A stretch of DNA of 64,000 bases, taken from Promethearchaeota archaeon (GTDB lineage: Archaea; Asgardarchaeota; Lokiarchaeia; Sigyniarchaeales; SOKP01). A model generated the notes under the pieces. It saw only the letters and a list, made by a program, of their open reading frames with translations, was not told the DNA's origin and did not search any database. Where the stretch lies: assembly GCA_016840085.1 (NCBI GenBank), contig JAEOTA010000088.1, positions 1 through 64,000 on the forward strand. Direction: 5' to 3'. Shown in pieces: positions 38,778 to 49,331 of this stretch (its first letter is position 1; the number at the start of each line of letters is the position of its first letter). The translations under genes and the position numbers were made by a program.

Positions 38778-39701
38778 TTAATAATTTAAAATAAGTAAAA
38801 CATTTACATTTCCTCTTTTCGCAGCGTTACAATTAATAGCTCTCCTGGCATTCAGCGTTATAATTTTGTAGTCTTTATATAAGTTTTTTATATATTCATT
38901 ATAAGAATTACTAAGCATAAGCTTACAATCACGATCATCCAACTTTTTAAAAATATTAAGTAATTTTTGTTGAGAATCTTCTTCAAAATTTTCCTTAGTA
39001 TAGCTTGTAAAAGATGATGTTTTCGATATAGGATAATACGGAGGATCAAAATAAATAAAATCACCCTTTTCAGCATAATCTAAACAAATCTCAAAAGAGC
39101 CATAAATTATCTTAAAGTTTTCCAATGCTTTACTTACCGCTAATAGATTTTCCTCATCGCAGAAATTTGGATTTTTATATCTACCAAATGGTACATTGAA
39201 TTGCCCTTTACTGTTCACTCTATATAAGCCATTATAACAACATCTATTCAAATAAATCATTCTGGAGGCTCTTTCTATATTGGATAATTTATTAAACTTT
39301 TCTTTATCTCTATCTAATGCCCTTATTTTATAATAATAGTCTTTCTCATTTTTATGAGTTTTTAGTAATTCTATTAATTCATTTACATTGCTTTTTATAA
39401 CCTTGTAGCAATTGATCAATTCTTCATTAATATCAATTATAATTGAAAATTTTGGTTTCAGATAAAAAAGAACTGCGCCACCACCTACAAATGGTTCAAT
39501 ATATTTGTTAAAATTTTTTGGAAAGTATTTATTCATCTGTGAAATTAATTGTCTTTTCCCTCCTGCCCATTTTAGAAATGGATAAGGGATTTCACTTATT
39601 AAATTTCCATTCTTTTTTTTGATTAAAAATGTATAATTACTATTCTTTTTGGAAAAATCTTGAGTAATATCTTTAAATATTAATTTTTCCTCATCAGACA
39701 A
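38778..39701 (-). CDS. Dam-family (D12 class) N6-adenine DNA methyltransferase
   Basis: LKWAGGK, EPFVGGG, YNGLYRVN..G.FNVPFG, DPPY. Confidence 0.93.
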   Translation of the reverse strand: MSDEEKLIFKDITQDFSKKNSNYTFLIKKKNGNLISEIPYPFLKWAGGKRQLISQMNKYFPKNFNKYIEPFVGGGAVLFYLKPKFSIIIDINEELINCYKVIKSNVNELIELLKTHKNEKDYYYKIRALDRDKEKFNKLSNIERASRMIYLNRCCYNGLYRVNSKGQFNVPFGRYKNPNFCDEENLLAVSKALENFKIIYGSFEICLDYAEKGDFIYFDPPYYPISKTSSFTSYTKENFEEDSQQKLLNIFKKLDDRDCKLMLSNSYNEYIKNLYKDYKIITLNARRAINCNAAKRGNVNVLLILNY

Positions 39702-39963
39702 TTTTATTCCTCCATATTATCTATCAATTGCAATATATTTGAAACGTATGTTTATAAACGACAAAACTATTAAATAATTTTTATCAAATTTATAATAATT
39801 TTATATATAATAATTATAATTATAATCTTAAATTATTTTTGCCATTTAAATTAATAAATAGATTATATATAATTAATCTTTAAAAAATTAAATAAATATT
39901 CAATAATATCTAGTCAAAAATGATAAGTAAAAAATTATATATAATTAAAATTTATTAATATTT

Positions 39964-40305
39964 GTGGATGCCGACAAAAAGTCTCTTTTCGAAGTAGTTA
40001 ATTTATTAGATAAAATTTCCAATAAAATTAATTCTGAACTTTCATCATTAAAGAGAAAAATCAATTATACTGTTTTTAAAATCCCATTAAAAAATTATCA
40101 TAAGAATTTTTTAAAAAACATTTTAATCCCTCTTTCTGATAAAAAACCAACTTTTTCAATAATGGATATAGAATTATTATGTAAAAAAACTAAACCTTTA
40201 GAAAAATCAACAATACGTTGCTATTTAAGTGCTTTAAAAAGAAATAATCTTATTATCATAAAAAAAACACAAGATAAAAGAGGTCACCTCTATAAAATAA
40301 TTTGA
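39964..40305 (+). CDS. Winged-helix DNA-binding protein
   Basis: STIRCYLSALKRNNLI...DKRGHLYKI. Confidence 0.55.
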   Translation: MDADKKSLFEVVNLLDKISNKINSELSSLKRKINYTVFKIPLKNYHKNFLKNILIPLSDKKPTFSIMDIELLCKKTKPLEKSTIRCYLSALKRNNLIIIKKTQDKRGHLYKII

Positions 40306-40389
40306 AAATAAAATTTCTATTTTTTAATAGAATAGAAGAATTATATTTCTATCTTCATATTATGCAGATTCTTCCTTTTAAAAAAGATA

Positions 40390-41811
40390 TAACGAATTCG
40401 ACTGGCTTTAAGCCATACTAAAACAGAAAATCCTTACTCAGACTAAATATAAATATGATTCAAAAGTACTAATTCATACAAATGATTTTATCGCAAAAAA
40501 TTAGGATTTTTCCAACCAAACAGCAAAAATCAGTATTATGGGATTTATCGGAGAAATGCAGATTGGTTTATAATTTTGCGTTAAAGGAAAGAAAAGAAAG
40601 ATGGAATGATAACAAAAATAAACCTAAAAACGAAAGGGTTTATATTACTTATAAAGATCAACAAAATCAATTACCTGAACTTAAGAAAAAATTCCCTGAA
40701 TATAAATGGGTTTATTCTAAAGTACTACAAGCAATATTAAAGAAATTGGATTCAAACTTCAAGTCTTTTTTTACATTGTGGAATAAGGGAGATAAGAAAG
40801 TTAGACCTCCAAAATTTAAAGGAAAGAAATATTTTTCTACCCTATGCTATAATCAATCAGGATTTAGGATTGAAAATAACAAGATCAATTTCTCTCACAA
40901 ACACCCGTCTAGAATTATTTTAGAGTTCACACTTCTTAAAAATTTAATACCTAAAGGAAAAATAAAACAAGTTGAGATCTATTTAAATAACCAAAAGTAT
41001 TGGTTTGTTTTAATAAATTACGAGATTAAAATCCCAAAATATACAGATAACGGATTATACCAAGCATTTGATTTAGGAGTTAATCAAACAGTTGGCGTTA
41101 ACATTTATAGTAAGGTATTTAAGTGTAAACATAAAAGAGCTGACCTCTATTGGAAAAAAAGAATAAGTGAAGTTGAATCCAAAAGAGATCATTGTAATAA
41201 ATTTAGTAATAAATGGAAGTGGTACAATGATAAGAGAAATAGAATGATTAAGAAAAGAACTAATCAACTAAAAGATCATCAGCATTGGTTATCAAAACAG
41301 ATAGTCGAAAATACAAAAGCTAATACTATTATCATAGGAGATTTGAATATTAAGCAAATGGCAAGGAAAAAAAAAGGAACAGGAAACAGAAGAAAGACAA
41401 AGGCTAACAAAACACTTAATCATTCGATTCATAATCTAGGTTATATGAGAAGATTTGTCCAATTCTTAACCTATAAAGCAGAATTATTAGGTAAAAGAGT
41501 AATAAGAATTGACGAATCTTACACAACTCAAACTTGCTGTAGATGTGGTAAAAAAACCAAGAGAAAGTTATCAGAAAGAATTATTTGTTGCGATTGTGGT
41601 AATCTAATTGATAGAGATTTGAACTCTGCTATCAATATAATGGGAAAGTTTCTGAACTCAAAAAAAAATTACGATTACCTATTGCAAGAACGCTCTGTGA
41701 ATGAGCAATCTTTTCTAAATTGTTGGAAAGGGTTTTCTACGATAAACAGCCTTATTAATGAGAATAATGGACTCGTAGGAAGCCATTGCCTTTAGGTGAT
41801 GTGCAATTCAC
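40390..41811 (+). mobile_element. IS200/IS605-family non-autonomous element (tnpB only)
   Basis: Left hairpin TGGCT-TTA-AGCCA 40403-40415; right end GAAG + CATTGCC-TTTA-GGTGATG hairpin + TTCAC ending 41811; no tnpA; left boundary approximate. Confidence 0.75.
40482..41795 (+). CDS. tnpB: RNA-guided endonuclease TnpB
   Basis: KIRIFPT..Q, PPKFK, AFDLG, IIIGDL, IDESYTTQTCCRCG, CCDCG..IDRDLNSAINI. Confidence 0.92.
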   Translation: MILSQKIRIFPTKQQKSVLWDLSEKCRLVYNFALKERKERWNDNKNKPKNERVYITYKDQQNQLPELKKKFPEYKWVYSKVLQAILKKLDSNFKSFFTLWNKGDKKVRPPKFKGKKYFSTLCYNQSGFRIENNKINFSHKHPSRIILEFTLLKNLIPKGKIKQVEIYLNNQKYWFVLINYEIKIPKYTDNGLYQAFDLGVNQTVGVNIYSKVFKCKHKRADLYWKKRISEVESKRDHCNKFSNKWKWYNDKRNRMIKKRTNQLKDHQHWLSKQIVENTKANTIIIGDLNIKQMARKKKGTGNRRKTKANKTLNHSIHNLGYMRRFVQFLTYKAELLGKRVIRIDESYTTQTCCRCGKKTKRKLSERIICCDCGNLIDRDLNSAINIMGKFLNSKKNYDYLLQERSVNEQSFLNCWKGFSTINSLINENNGLVGSHCL

Positions 41812-41812
41812 T

Positions 41813-42053
41813 TATTAACTTTAAAGTTTTGTCTTATCAAAAACTTAGTATATAATTAAGAAATTTTCAATATTAAAAATATTCCAAAATTAAAATAAGT
41901 CAAATACTTAATGTTCGTATTTCAATAATATATAGATTAACATAAGAATTTTGGAATAAAAATATTCAGAAGCGAGTATTCGTTTAAAGCAAAATTTTAT
42001 TCTATTAACTTTAAAGTTTTATATTATCTAGCACTTAATATTCATGTAAGAAA
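41813..42053 (+). repeat. Imperfect 51-bp direct repeat, 190 bp apart, containing palindrome AACTTTAAAGTT
   Basis: 41813-41863 vs 42003-42053: 41/51 ungapped, first 18 nt identical. Confidence 0.65.
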
Positions 42054-42090
42054 AACATCAAAATTCTCTACAAGTATTTGAGCCTTAAAT

Positions 42091-43032
42091 ATGATAGATA
42101 AACAAAAATTTGAGGAATTATTTAATCAACAATTTATCAAAGATATCTCTCAAGAAGATATAGATATCGTTCTTTCAGGCCAATATGGTAAAGCACTTGA
42201 ATTATTAAGGGATGCAGAGGCAACAGGTCTTTTTCCGGCTTTAGTTGGTCCACCAGGAGTTGGAAAAACAATTTTATGTCGATACTTTGCCAGTTTACGC
42301 GCCCGTGAGAGTAAATCAAAAAATTTTTATTGGCTTACTATGGATGAGAGTATTAAACCATCTCATTTTATCGGTTCATTTGATCCAGCAATTACTTTAA
42401 AGAAAGGTTTTATATTAGAAGCCTTTAATCCAGGACCTTTATTAAGTGCTATGTTAGAGGGAGGTACATTCTTAGCGAATGAGATTAATCGAGCCACAGA
42501 ATATTCACAAAATACATTGTTGGAGCCATTAGAAGAAGCTTCAATTGGAATTCCTCATTTAGGTAGGATTAAAGCTCAAGAGGATTTTTTCTTTATATGT
42601 GCGATGAACCCTGAGGAGTTATCAGGAACTCATCGCCTATCTGAAGCATTAAAGGATAGGATAAAAGTATGGATTAAATTAACTTATCCCGATAAATCAA
42701 CAGAACTGGATATAATACGAATAAATTTACCTGAACATTTCCATATCGAGGAATCTGAATTAGAGCTAATATATTCTGTTATAAAAGAAACAAGACAAAA
42801 TAAGATTGATGTTGACATTCCTGCTTCAATTAGGGCTGGAATTGCAATGGCTAAATTATTAGGAAGAAGACGACTTTTAGAAAAAGAAGAAAAAGTAAAA
42901 GAAAAAGAATCTATTTATATATATTTATCTGAAATAGCGAGACATGTATTATTAGGAAGTATAAAACCAAAACCAGGAGTGAAAGTTGAAAATGTCATAG
43001 AAAATATTATTCAAAAAACTTTGGGAGGGTAA
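42091..43032 (+). CDS. MoxR family AAA+ ATPase
   Basis: GPPGVGKT, NEINRA, QNTLLEPLEE, AMNP, LSEALKDR. Confidence 0.9.
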   Translation: MIDKQKFEELFNQQFIKDISQEDIDIVLSGQYGKALELLRDAEATGLFPALVGPPGVGKTILCRYFASLRARESKSKNFYWLTMDESIKPSHFIGSFDPAITLKKGFILEAFNPGPLLSAMLEGGTFLANEINRATEYSQNTLLEPLEEASIGIPHLGRIKAQEDFFFICAMNPEELSGTHRLSEALKDRIKVWIKLTYPDKSTELDIIRINLPEHFHIEESELELIYSVIKETRQNKIDVDIPASIRAGIAMAKLLGRRRLLEKEEKVKEKESIYIYLSEIARHVLLGSIKPKPGVKVENVIENIIQKTLGG

Positions 43033-43036
43033 TTAT

Positions 43037-45526
43037 TTGGGAGTATTTCCTGAAAATCCATGTGAGTTTGCTGTTGAATTTATTCGAAAGATGAGAAACC
43101 ATCCAGACATAATTCAAATACCCTCATCACGTCAAGTATTATCAATTCCTAAATTAATTGTGTCGAGATATTACCGAAAGGGATCTGTAACACCAAGCGA
43201 CTTCATTGAGATTGGTAAGGTTACATCATTCCCAGATAATCAACAATTAGCACAAGAAATTGCTTTTGAGATTTTATTTCCTAATTATAAAAAGAATATA
43301 ATGAAATCATTTTTTGAAGGCACCGAATTCGATGAATTCGAAGAAGAATTAATACCTAGGGAGATAAAATCAGAATTAGATGAATTACAAGAATTAATAG
43401 ATGAAATTGAAGTTACAAAATCGATCGACACTGATTTTATAGAACAAATGGAACAATTTATGGATGAATTAAACCGGAAGAGAAATGAAGAACCATTTAA
43501 GTCTGCTCTTAATTTTTTTGATGATGATTCTGAATTATATAAAGAACAAATTACATCTTTAGAAGAATTATTAGAAGAAGCTAAAAATAGAATGCTCCAA
43601 AAAATTAATTCTTTAGATCCCAAAGACCTCAAAGCTGGTACTAACTTAGGGTTAAATAATCTAATTTTAGAACAATCTTTAAGAGAATGGGAAAAACTTA
43701 CAAGTAAAGCTTTAAATAATCAAAATATTGGGCCTGATTTAAATGAATTATTAAAATCAGGTAGTTTAGAAGATTTACTACAATCTATGAAATTCTTAAA
43801 AGACACCAACGCCATTTCTAAAGAACAATTAGAGGATCTGAGAAATAAACTTCAAAATAAAATAGATAATTTAGATCAATTATTTCAAGCGGCAAAACAT
43901 TTAGGAGAATCTCCTAATTTTAATCAAGATAAAGTATTGAGTAATTCTTTAAAAAATTCTTCATTTGAACATAACTTTAACTTAGCAAATTCCCTTGACC
44001 AATTTTTTGGTACTAACCTTAGAGCCTCATTATTAGAGAAATTTGATCAACAGATTAAAAATTCCCAAATGAATATTTCACTTGAAAGTTTAACTAAAAC
44101 GGCATTTGCTAATAAATCATGGAATTCTCTTTTTAATAACGCTCTTGAAAATGCTATTAATGAAGCCATGAGTCAAAGTAGAAAATCCGAAGCTTTCAAA
44201 ACTTTGACTCATCAAATGCAACAGTTAGCAAATAGTTGCCCAAATATGCATTGTGGTCAAAAAATGGCTCAAACTATTCCAAATTTACTTTCTCAAACTT
44301 TGGAGTCATGTGAAAATCCTTATCAGCTAAAAAATGCTGTCGAATTTTTAAGAAAACTTGGATTAAATCCAGACCTAGAAGATATAAAAAATTCTGGAAA
44401 AAAACTTGAAATGTCAGAGGAGGATATTTTTGAATTAATAGAACCGAATTATCAATTGCTAAAAAAATTAGTTGATAAAAAATCAGCTGATTTTCAACGT
44501 TTAAGTAATTTAATGAATCTACTTAAAGATCAATTAAACTATGAGAGAATTAAAGAACTAGTATCAAGTGCTTTAGCTTCAGATAATAGAGATGCTTTAG
44601 GTGCTTTAGGGAATTTTAATCTAAGTGATGCTTTAAGAGGTGCTCAACAAATTGGTGGTAAAGAAGCACAAGATAAGATGATTTCCTGTCTAACTGCAGG
44701 TAGTGGTGAAAATCTCCTTAAACAATGGTTTATCCACCGAAAAAGCTTACCAGAGAATGCAAAGCAGAAAGTAAAAGAATTAGCAAAAAAAGTTTTGATC
44801 GAGCTTGGGATCTATTACTCTCGCGCTCGTTTAGGTAGCTCCACAACAGGACCAATTCCTATTAATATAGTTAGACCCTACTCAATAGGAGATGATTTTG
44901 AAAATATTGATCTTGAAGAAACAATTTTTAATATCTTAGAGAAAGGAAAGAAATTAGAACATATAGAATATGATGATTTTTTCGTTTTTGAAACAGCTAA
45001 GGGTCTTAGAACTGCTTGTTTTGAATTGGATATTTCCGGAAGTATGTCTGGAGACAAACTGGCTTATATGGGGATCTGTGTAACAATGTTGTGCTATGGG
45101 ATGCGTAAAGATGAACTTGGAATCACTTTCTTTGAATCGGACACTCATGTTTTAAAATCTTTAGATGAAAAAGTAGATTTAGATAAATTAGCAGATGAGC
45201 TCCTTTCTGTTTCTGCTCGAGGTGGTACAAGAATACAAAGTGCCGTTGAATGGGCAAATAAGCAATTTAAAGAGCATTCAAATTCGCGTGAAAAATTAAA
45301 TGTATTATTTACTGATGCTGAAATTTTCGATCTTAAAGAAGCTATGACAGAATTTAGAAAAATGCGTTCGTTAGGCGTAGATTTCATCTTAATTTGTCCT
45401 GAATCTTCTTATAATTTAAAAGAGGCTAAAAAAATGGTAAAAGTTGCTGGAGGACAACTTTTAACAATTAAAGATTGGAATGAGTTTCCCAAATTAATTT
45501 CAGAGATAATAAAATCAAGATTCTAA
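43037..45526 (+). CDS. VWA domain protein (MoxR partner)
   Basis: C-terminal MIDAS DISGSM, GGT, FTDAE; adjacent to MoxR. Confidence 0.85.
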   Translation: MGVFPENPCEFAVEFIRKMRNHPDIIQIPSSRQVLSIPKLIVSRYYRKGSVTPSDFIEIGKVTSFPDNQQLAQEIAFEILFPNYKKNIMKSFFEGTEFDEFEEELIPREIKSELDELQELIDEIEVTKSIDTDFIEQMEQFMDELNRKRNEEPFKSALNFFDDDSELYKEQITSLEELLEEAKNRMLQKINSLDPKDLKAGTNLGLNNLILEQSLREWEKLTSKALNNQNIGPDLNELLKSGSLEDLLQSMKFLKDTNAISKEQLEDLRNKLQNKIDNLDQLFQAAKHLGESPNFNQDKVLSNSLKNSSFEHNFNLANSLDQFFGTNLRASLLEKFDQQIKNSQMNISLESLTKTAFANKSWNSLFNNALENAINEAMSQSRKSEAFKTLTHQMQQLANSCPNMHCGQKMAQTIPNLLSQTLESCENPYQLKNAVEFLRKLGLNPDLEDIKNSGKKLEMSEEDIFELIEPNYQLLKKLVDKKSADFQRLSNLMNLLKDQLNYERIKELVSSALASDNRDALGALGNFNLSDALRGAQQIGGKEAQDKMISCLTAGSGENLLKQWFIHRKSLPENAKQKVKELAKKVLIELGIYYSRARLGSSTTGPIPINIVRPYSIGDDFENIDLEETIFNILEKGKKLEHIEYDDFFVFETAKGLRTACFELDISGSMSGDKLAYMGICVTMLCYGMRKDELGITFFESDTHVLKSLDEKVDLDKLADELLSVSARGGTRIQSAVEWANKQFKEHSNSREKLNVLFTDAEIFDLKEAMTEFRKMRSLGVDFILICPESSYNLKEAKKMVKVAGGQLLTIKDWNEFPKLISEIIKSRF

Positions 45527-45534
45527 ATGTTAAG

Positions 45535-47883
45535 ATGACAAATAAATCAATATCAAGTCTAATAATAGATAAGTTCGGTTTAAACCTTTACCAAAAAAGT
45601 CTTAAATTCCTAAGTAATAAAATAAATATTTTCTATTTACGAGAAGAACCAATAAAAATTAGAAGTGTTATTTTAGATAATGAACGTGAATATCATCTTA
45701 TAATTGATGAAATGAAATCTGAAATATATCATGACTGCCCATCTTTTTTGATTCATTCTGAAAGAGAAAGGAAAATTTGTGTTCATCTTATTAAACTTTT
45801 TTTAATCATCAAAAACCAACTCTCTCAAAAAATCTTAGAAAATTTAAATACTTATAATTTTACTTCAGAAGATTTAGTTTCAAAAAAAAAAAGCAAAAAC
45901 TTTTTGTTATTAGCTAATAATTGCTTTGAAAGCGAAAATTATGTTGAAGCACTGAGTTATTTAAATAAAGCGATTATTAACCAATATGATAAAGAGCCTA
46001 TTATTGAAACTTATTTCAAAACAGCAATAGAAAACAATTTATTCATTGAATTCTTTGACTTTTTAAAATATGGATATGAAAATGAGTTAGGAGATTATTT
46101 TATTAAAAATATTGAGTTTGTAGAAAAAGGTTTTAAAAAATTTTTAAACATTATTCCACAATATTCTTTCTATAATTTACTTAATATAATTGAATCTATT
46201 GATATAATTTTTAATTTCATTGATATATCTTTTATAGCTTCAGATATAAATAATATAAAAAAATTAGTTAATAGCACCAATTTTAATGATAATTACTTCT
46301 CAATTTATTTGGTAAAAAAAAATTATGATAGACTTGTTGAAACAAATCCAAACTTCAAGGATATAATCAATCAGAATAAATTAGATTCGTTAAAACATGA
46401 AATTTTGAATTATTTTTTTTCTGAAATTGATAACTTTTGCATAATTAACAAATTAAAATTGTTAAAAAAACAGTTCAAAGTAATAGATATTCCAAAAGAA
46501 AAATTTTATATTAAATATAAAAAATACAAGATAGAAATAAAAGAACTTGAAAGAAAAGTATATTTGAAAAAATTTTCGTTTTTAAAATTTTTAATAGAAA
46601 AATATAATGTAATTAGAACTAAAGGGGAATTCAGAAAAAAAAGGAATGCGTATATTGTTAAACATAATACAGATAATATAAAAAATCCCGTTTATCACTA
46701 TATAATTTCTCGTGTTGGCTTTTTTGGATTAAATGAGCAAACAATTAAATCATCTGAAATCGGTATTAATTACTTTATTATGAAAGAATTATTTTTAGAT
46801 GATTTGAGTTCCTTTCAGGATGTTGACTATTATAGAAAACAATTCTGGGGAGAAAATGAGTATGATATAAGATCAATTAATGGTTTTTCTTTGTTAAGTA
46901 AAAATATAGAGTATAGTTATAAAGGAGAACAAAAATATTCAGATGATGTAATGCTTATTGAATGGGATCTAGCAAGTAAACCCATTCAAGGAAGTATTGT
47001 GAATGCTTATGGCTCTCAAATTATAATTCCAGATCAAAACAATCCGTTATTTCATGATTTAAAACCTTTTGATCTCTGTTATTGTAAAAAAACTCCTGTA
47101 AAAATAGAGAGTATTATCAAAACAATTAATATAATTACAAAGTGCTCATTTAAAGATGCAATTAAAAGTATTTCTAAACGAATGGCTTTTATAGAAGGAT
47201 ATTATCCATTATCACTTATAAAAGCAGTTTTAAACAAAGAAATAAATCCTTTTCAAGCAAATGAAATAGTAATAACTAATCCAAACAAATTATTTATACC
47301 AAATTACTCTCACTTTATTAAAGCTTTTAAAAAATTCTTATTTGATTTTATATTTAAACAGAAAGATTATATTTTTCAACAATTAAAATCAGAACCTAAA
47401 GAGAGATCACATCAAATCCTTACATTATTGGATTTGAGGAATGAATTAAGTGGAATAGATTTGCCATACTTAGAAATTATGAAAGATATACTTCACTCTA
47501 ATATTAATTTAAAAGATTTTAAAATAAGATTTTTGAATGAAATACACTTATATATAAAGGAATTGTTGAACAAACGAGATATTGGGACCACAATAATGTT
47601 TGATTTGAAAAAATTACGAAATACCTCTTTTTCAAAATATTCCAATCAAATCTTAAATATTAGGAAAGAAGAATTTGAATCATCTAAGATCTATAAATCT
47701 CAGAATAAAAATGAAATTAATTATAATATTTCAGAAATAAATAGAACCTATTATGGTAGTAAGTTTTTAAATATCTTAGATTTAGAAGATCGATTCACTC
47801 TTAAACCAGAAAAATTTAAAAAGTTCTCTGATTTTTCTTTAAAGTTAAATCTAAAATTAAATATTGTAGACTCCTTTAATTGA
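45535..47883 (+). CDS. SWIM zinc-finger domain protein
   Basis: HDCPSF...ICVHL near N-terminus. Confidence 0.55.
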   Translation: MTNKSISSLIIDKFGLNLYQKSLKFLSNKINIFYLREEPIKIRSVILDNEREYHLIIDEMKSEIYHDCPSFLIHSERERKICVHLIKLFLIIKNQLSQKILENLNTYNFTSEDLVSKKKSKNFLLLANNCFESENYVEALSYLNKAIINQYDKEPIIETYFKTAIENNLFIEFFDFLKYGYENELGDYFIKNIEFVEKGFKKFLNIIPQYSFYNLLNIIESIDIIFNFIDISFIASDINNIKKLVNSTNFNDNYFSIYLVKKNYDRLVETNPNFKDIINQNKLDSLKHEILNYFFSEIDNFCIINKLKLLKKQFKVIDIPKEKFYIKYKKYKIEIKELERKVYLKKFSFLKFLIEKYNVIRTKGEFRKKRNAYIVKHNTDNIKNPVYHYIISRVGFFGLNEQTIKSSEIGINYFIMKELFLDDLSSFQDVDYYRKQFWGENEYDIRSINGFSLLSKNIEYSYKGEQKYSDDVMLIEWDLASKPIQGSIVNAYGSQIIIPDQNNPLFHDLKPFDLCYCKKTPVKIESIIKTINIITKCSFKDAIKSISKRMAFIEGYYPLSLIKAVLNKEINPFQANEIVITNPNKLFIPNYSHFIKAFKKFLFDFIFKQKDYIFQQLKSEPKERSHQILTLLDLRNELSGIDLPYLEIMKDILHSNINLKDFKIRFLNEIHLYIKELLNKRDIGTTIMFDLKKLRNTSFSKYSNQILNIRKEEFESSKIYKSQNKNEINYNISEINRTYYGSKFLNILDLEDRFTLKPEKFKKFSDFSLKLNLKLNIVDSFN

Positions 47884-47892
47884 GCAATAATA

Positions 47893-49083
47893 TTATGTAT
47901 CAAATTGTAATTTGCCGTATATTGCATCATGACCTGGGATAAACCAGAATTTTCCTCTTCTTATTTTACAAATAGCATCAATTAGCTCTTCAGGAATTCC
48001 ATTAAAATTGCTTTTTCCTTCCCAAATATTAAATTCACCTCCATTATTAGTAGTTAAATCTTGATATATAGAAAGATTTTTTTTACTATATTCAGTTCCT
48101 CCTAAAATAACTGTAATTAAATGTAATAGTGGAACAATATATTGAAAATTAAGTGATGTAGGTTTTTTTTGATCCCTTAATTCATAAACTCTAGATAAAA
48201 CCCCTTTTGTTAGTTTTTTACCACAATAGGGGCAATTTATAACATTAAGCTTAGGGCTACAAAAGTAATCTTCACCATGCAAATGTCGATCTTCTCTATG
48301 TCCATCATAGTAATACTTACCTGCTGAAGGTTTAAATTCATATGTCTTAATAATTCTGTTTTTTCTAATAGAGTCAATTAAATTTCTATAGTTTAAATTG
48401 TTTAACTTCAATATTGTAGCCTCTCTACCTAATCTATGATAATTTGTAGAATGACTGTCTGAGTTAGAAATAATTGAAATATTATCTAAATCTGAAATAC
48501 CCCTTATCATTAGCGGATCTGCACTTAATCCAGTTTCTACAGCGTTAATATATTTTGTTGCGTCTCCTAATGCTTCTCTTAAATTATTAAATTGTAAGGT
48601 ATCCCCAAATATACCAAAATAAGGTGTGAATATATGAGCTGGTATTATTTCAATATCATTATCAATCGATTTTAATCCAAAAATAATTTTTTCAGGTGAA
48701 TTGTATAATTTAGCCCTTCCATCTTTTCTTAAATTGCCAAATTTTGATAAATATTCCACGGAATCTTCTAATTTTTCAAAGTTAGGGAAAAAGAGGATGA
48801 AATGGACTTTTTTCGTATTAGATTTGTAATTCCAAATGGCTTCAATTTCAGTTTGTAATACAAAATTTACATTTGGTACTTTTGGACTATAAAATATTCC
48901 ATCTGAATATTCAAGTAACTCGTTCTTTAATTCATTTAACCAAATAGGATGGATACAATCCCCTGTAGCTACTATATCTATCTCTTTTTTCTCACAATTA
49001 AATGCGATTTTAAAAATATCTATATTTTTGCTTGCTCCTCCAGAATACTTACTATGTAAATGAAGATCACATATTTTGTGCAT
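47893..49083 (-). CDS. Endonuclease Q family (PHP domain + Zn ribbon)
   Basis: DLHLHSKYS, PAHIFTP, ETGLSAD, NSDSHS, LGREAT, GKYYYDGHR, CPYCG, PG.D..YG. Confidence 0.85.
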   Translation of the reverse strand: MHKICDLHLHSKYSGGASKNIDIFKIAFNCEKKEIDIVATGDCIHPIWLNELKNELLEYSDGIFYSPKVPNVNFVLQTEIEAIWNYKSNTKKVHFILFFPNFEKLEDSVEYLSKFGNLRKDGRAKLYNSPEKIIFGLKSIDNDIEIIPAHIFTPYFGIFGDTLQFNNLREALGDATKYINAVETGLSADPLMIRGISDLDNISIISNSDSHSTNYHRLGREATILKLNNLNYRNLIDSIRKNRIIKTYEFKPSAGKYYYDGHREDRHLHGEDYFCSPKLNVINCPYCGKKLTKGVLSRVYELRDQKKPTSLNFQYIVPLLHLITVILGGTEYSKKNLSIYQDLTTNNGGEFNIWEGKSNFNGIPEELIDAICKIRRGKFWFIPGHDAIYGKLQFDT

Positions 49084-49331
49084 TTTAATTTAATCAGTTT
49101 TGTTAAAACTTGTAAAAAAATTAAGTACAAAATATTTAAAATCCTCTATAATTGTTAGACTGATATAAATTTGAAGAAAAAACTTTGTTTTTATATTCAT
49201 TATCGCAAATAAATAAAGAAATTTTATGAAGCTGGACTTTTTAATAACAATATTTTTTTATTCTGGTTATATTTTATTTTAAATAGGATCTATAACTTTA
49301 TTTAAAAAAAAGGTAATTAAATGGTCAAGAC

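Noticed and set aside
40482-41795. Cas12f or autonomous IS605
   Set aside because: No CRISPR array and no tnpA; the upstream ORF is a wHTH lacking HUH or serine-recombinase motifs.
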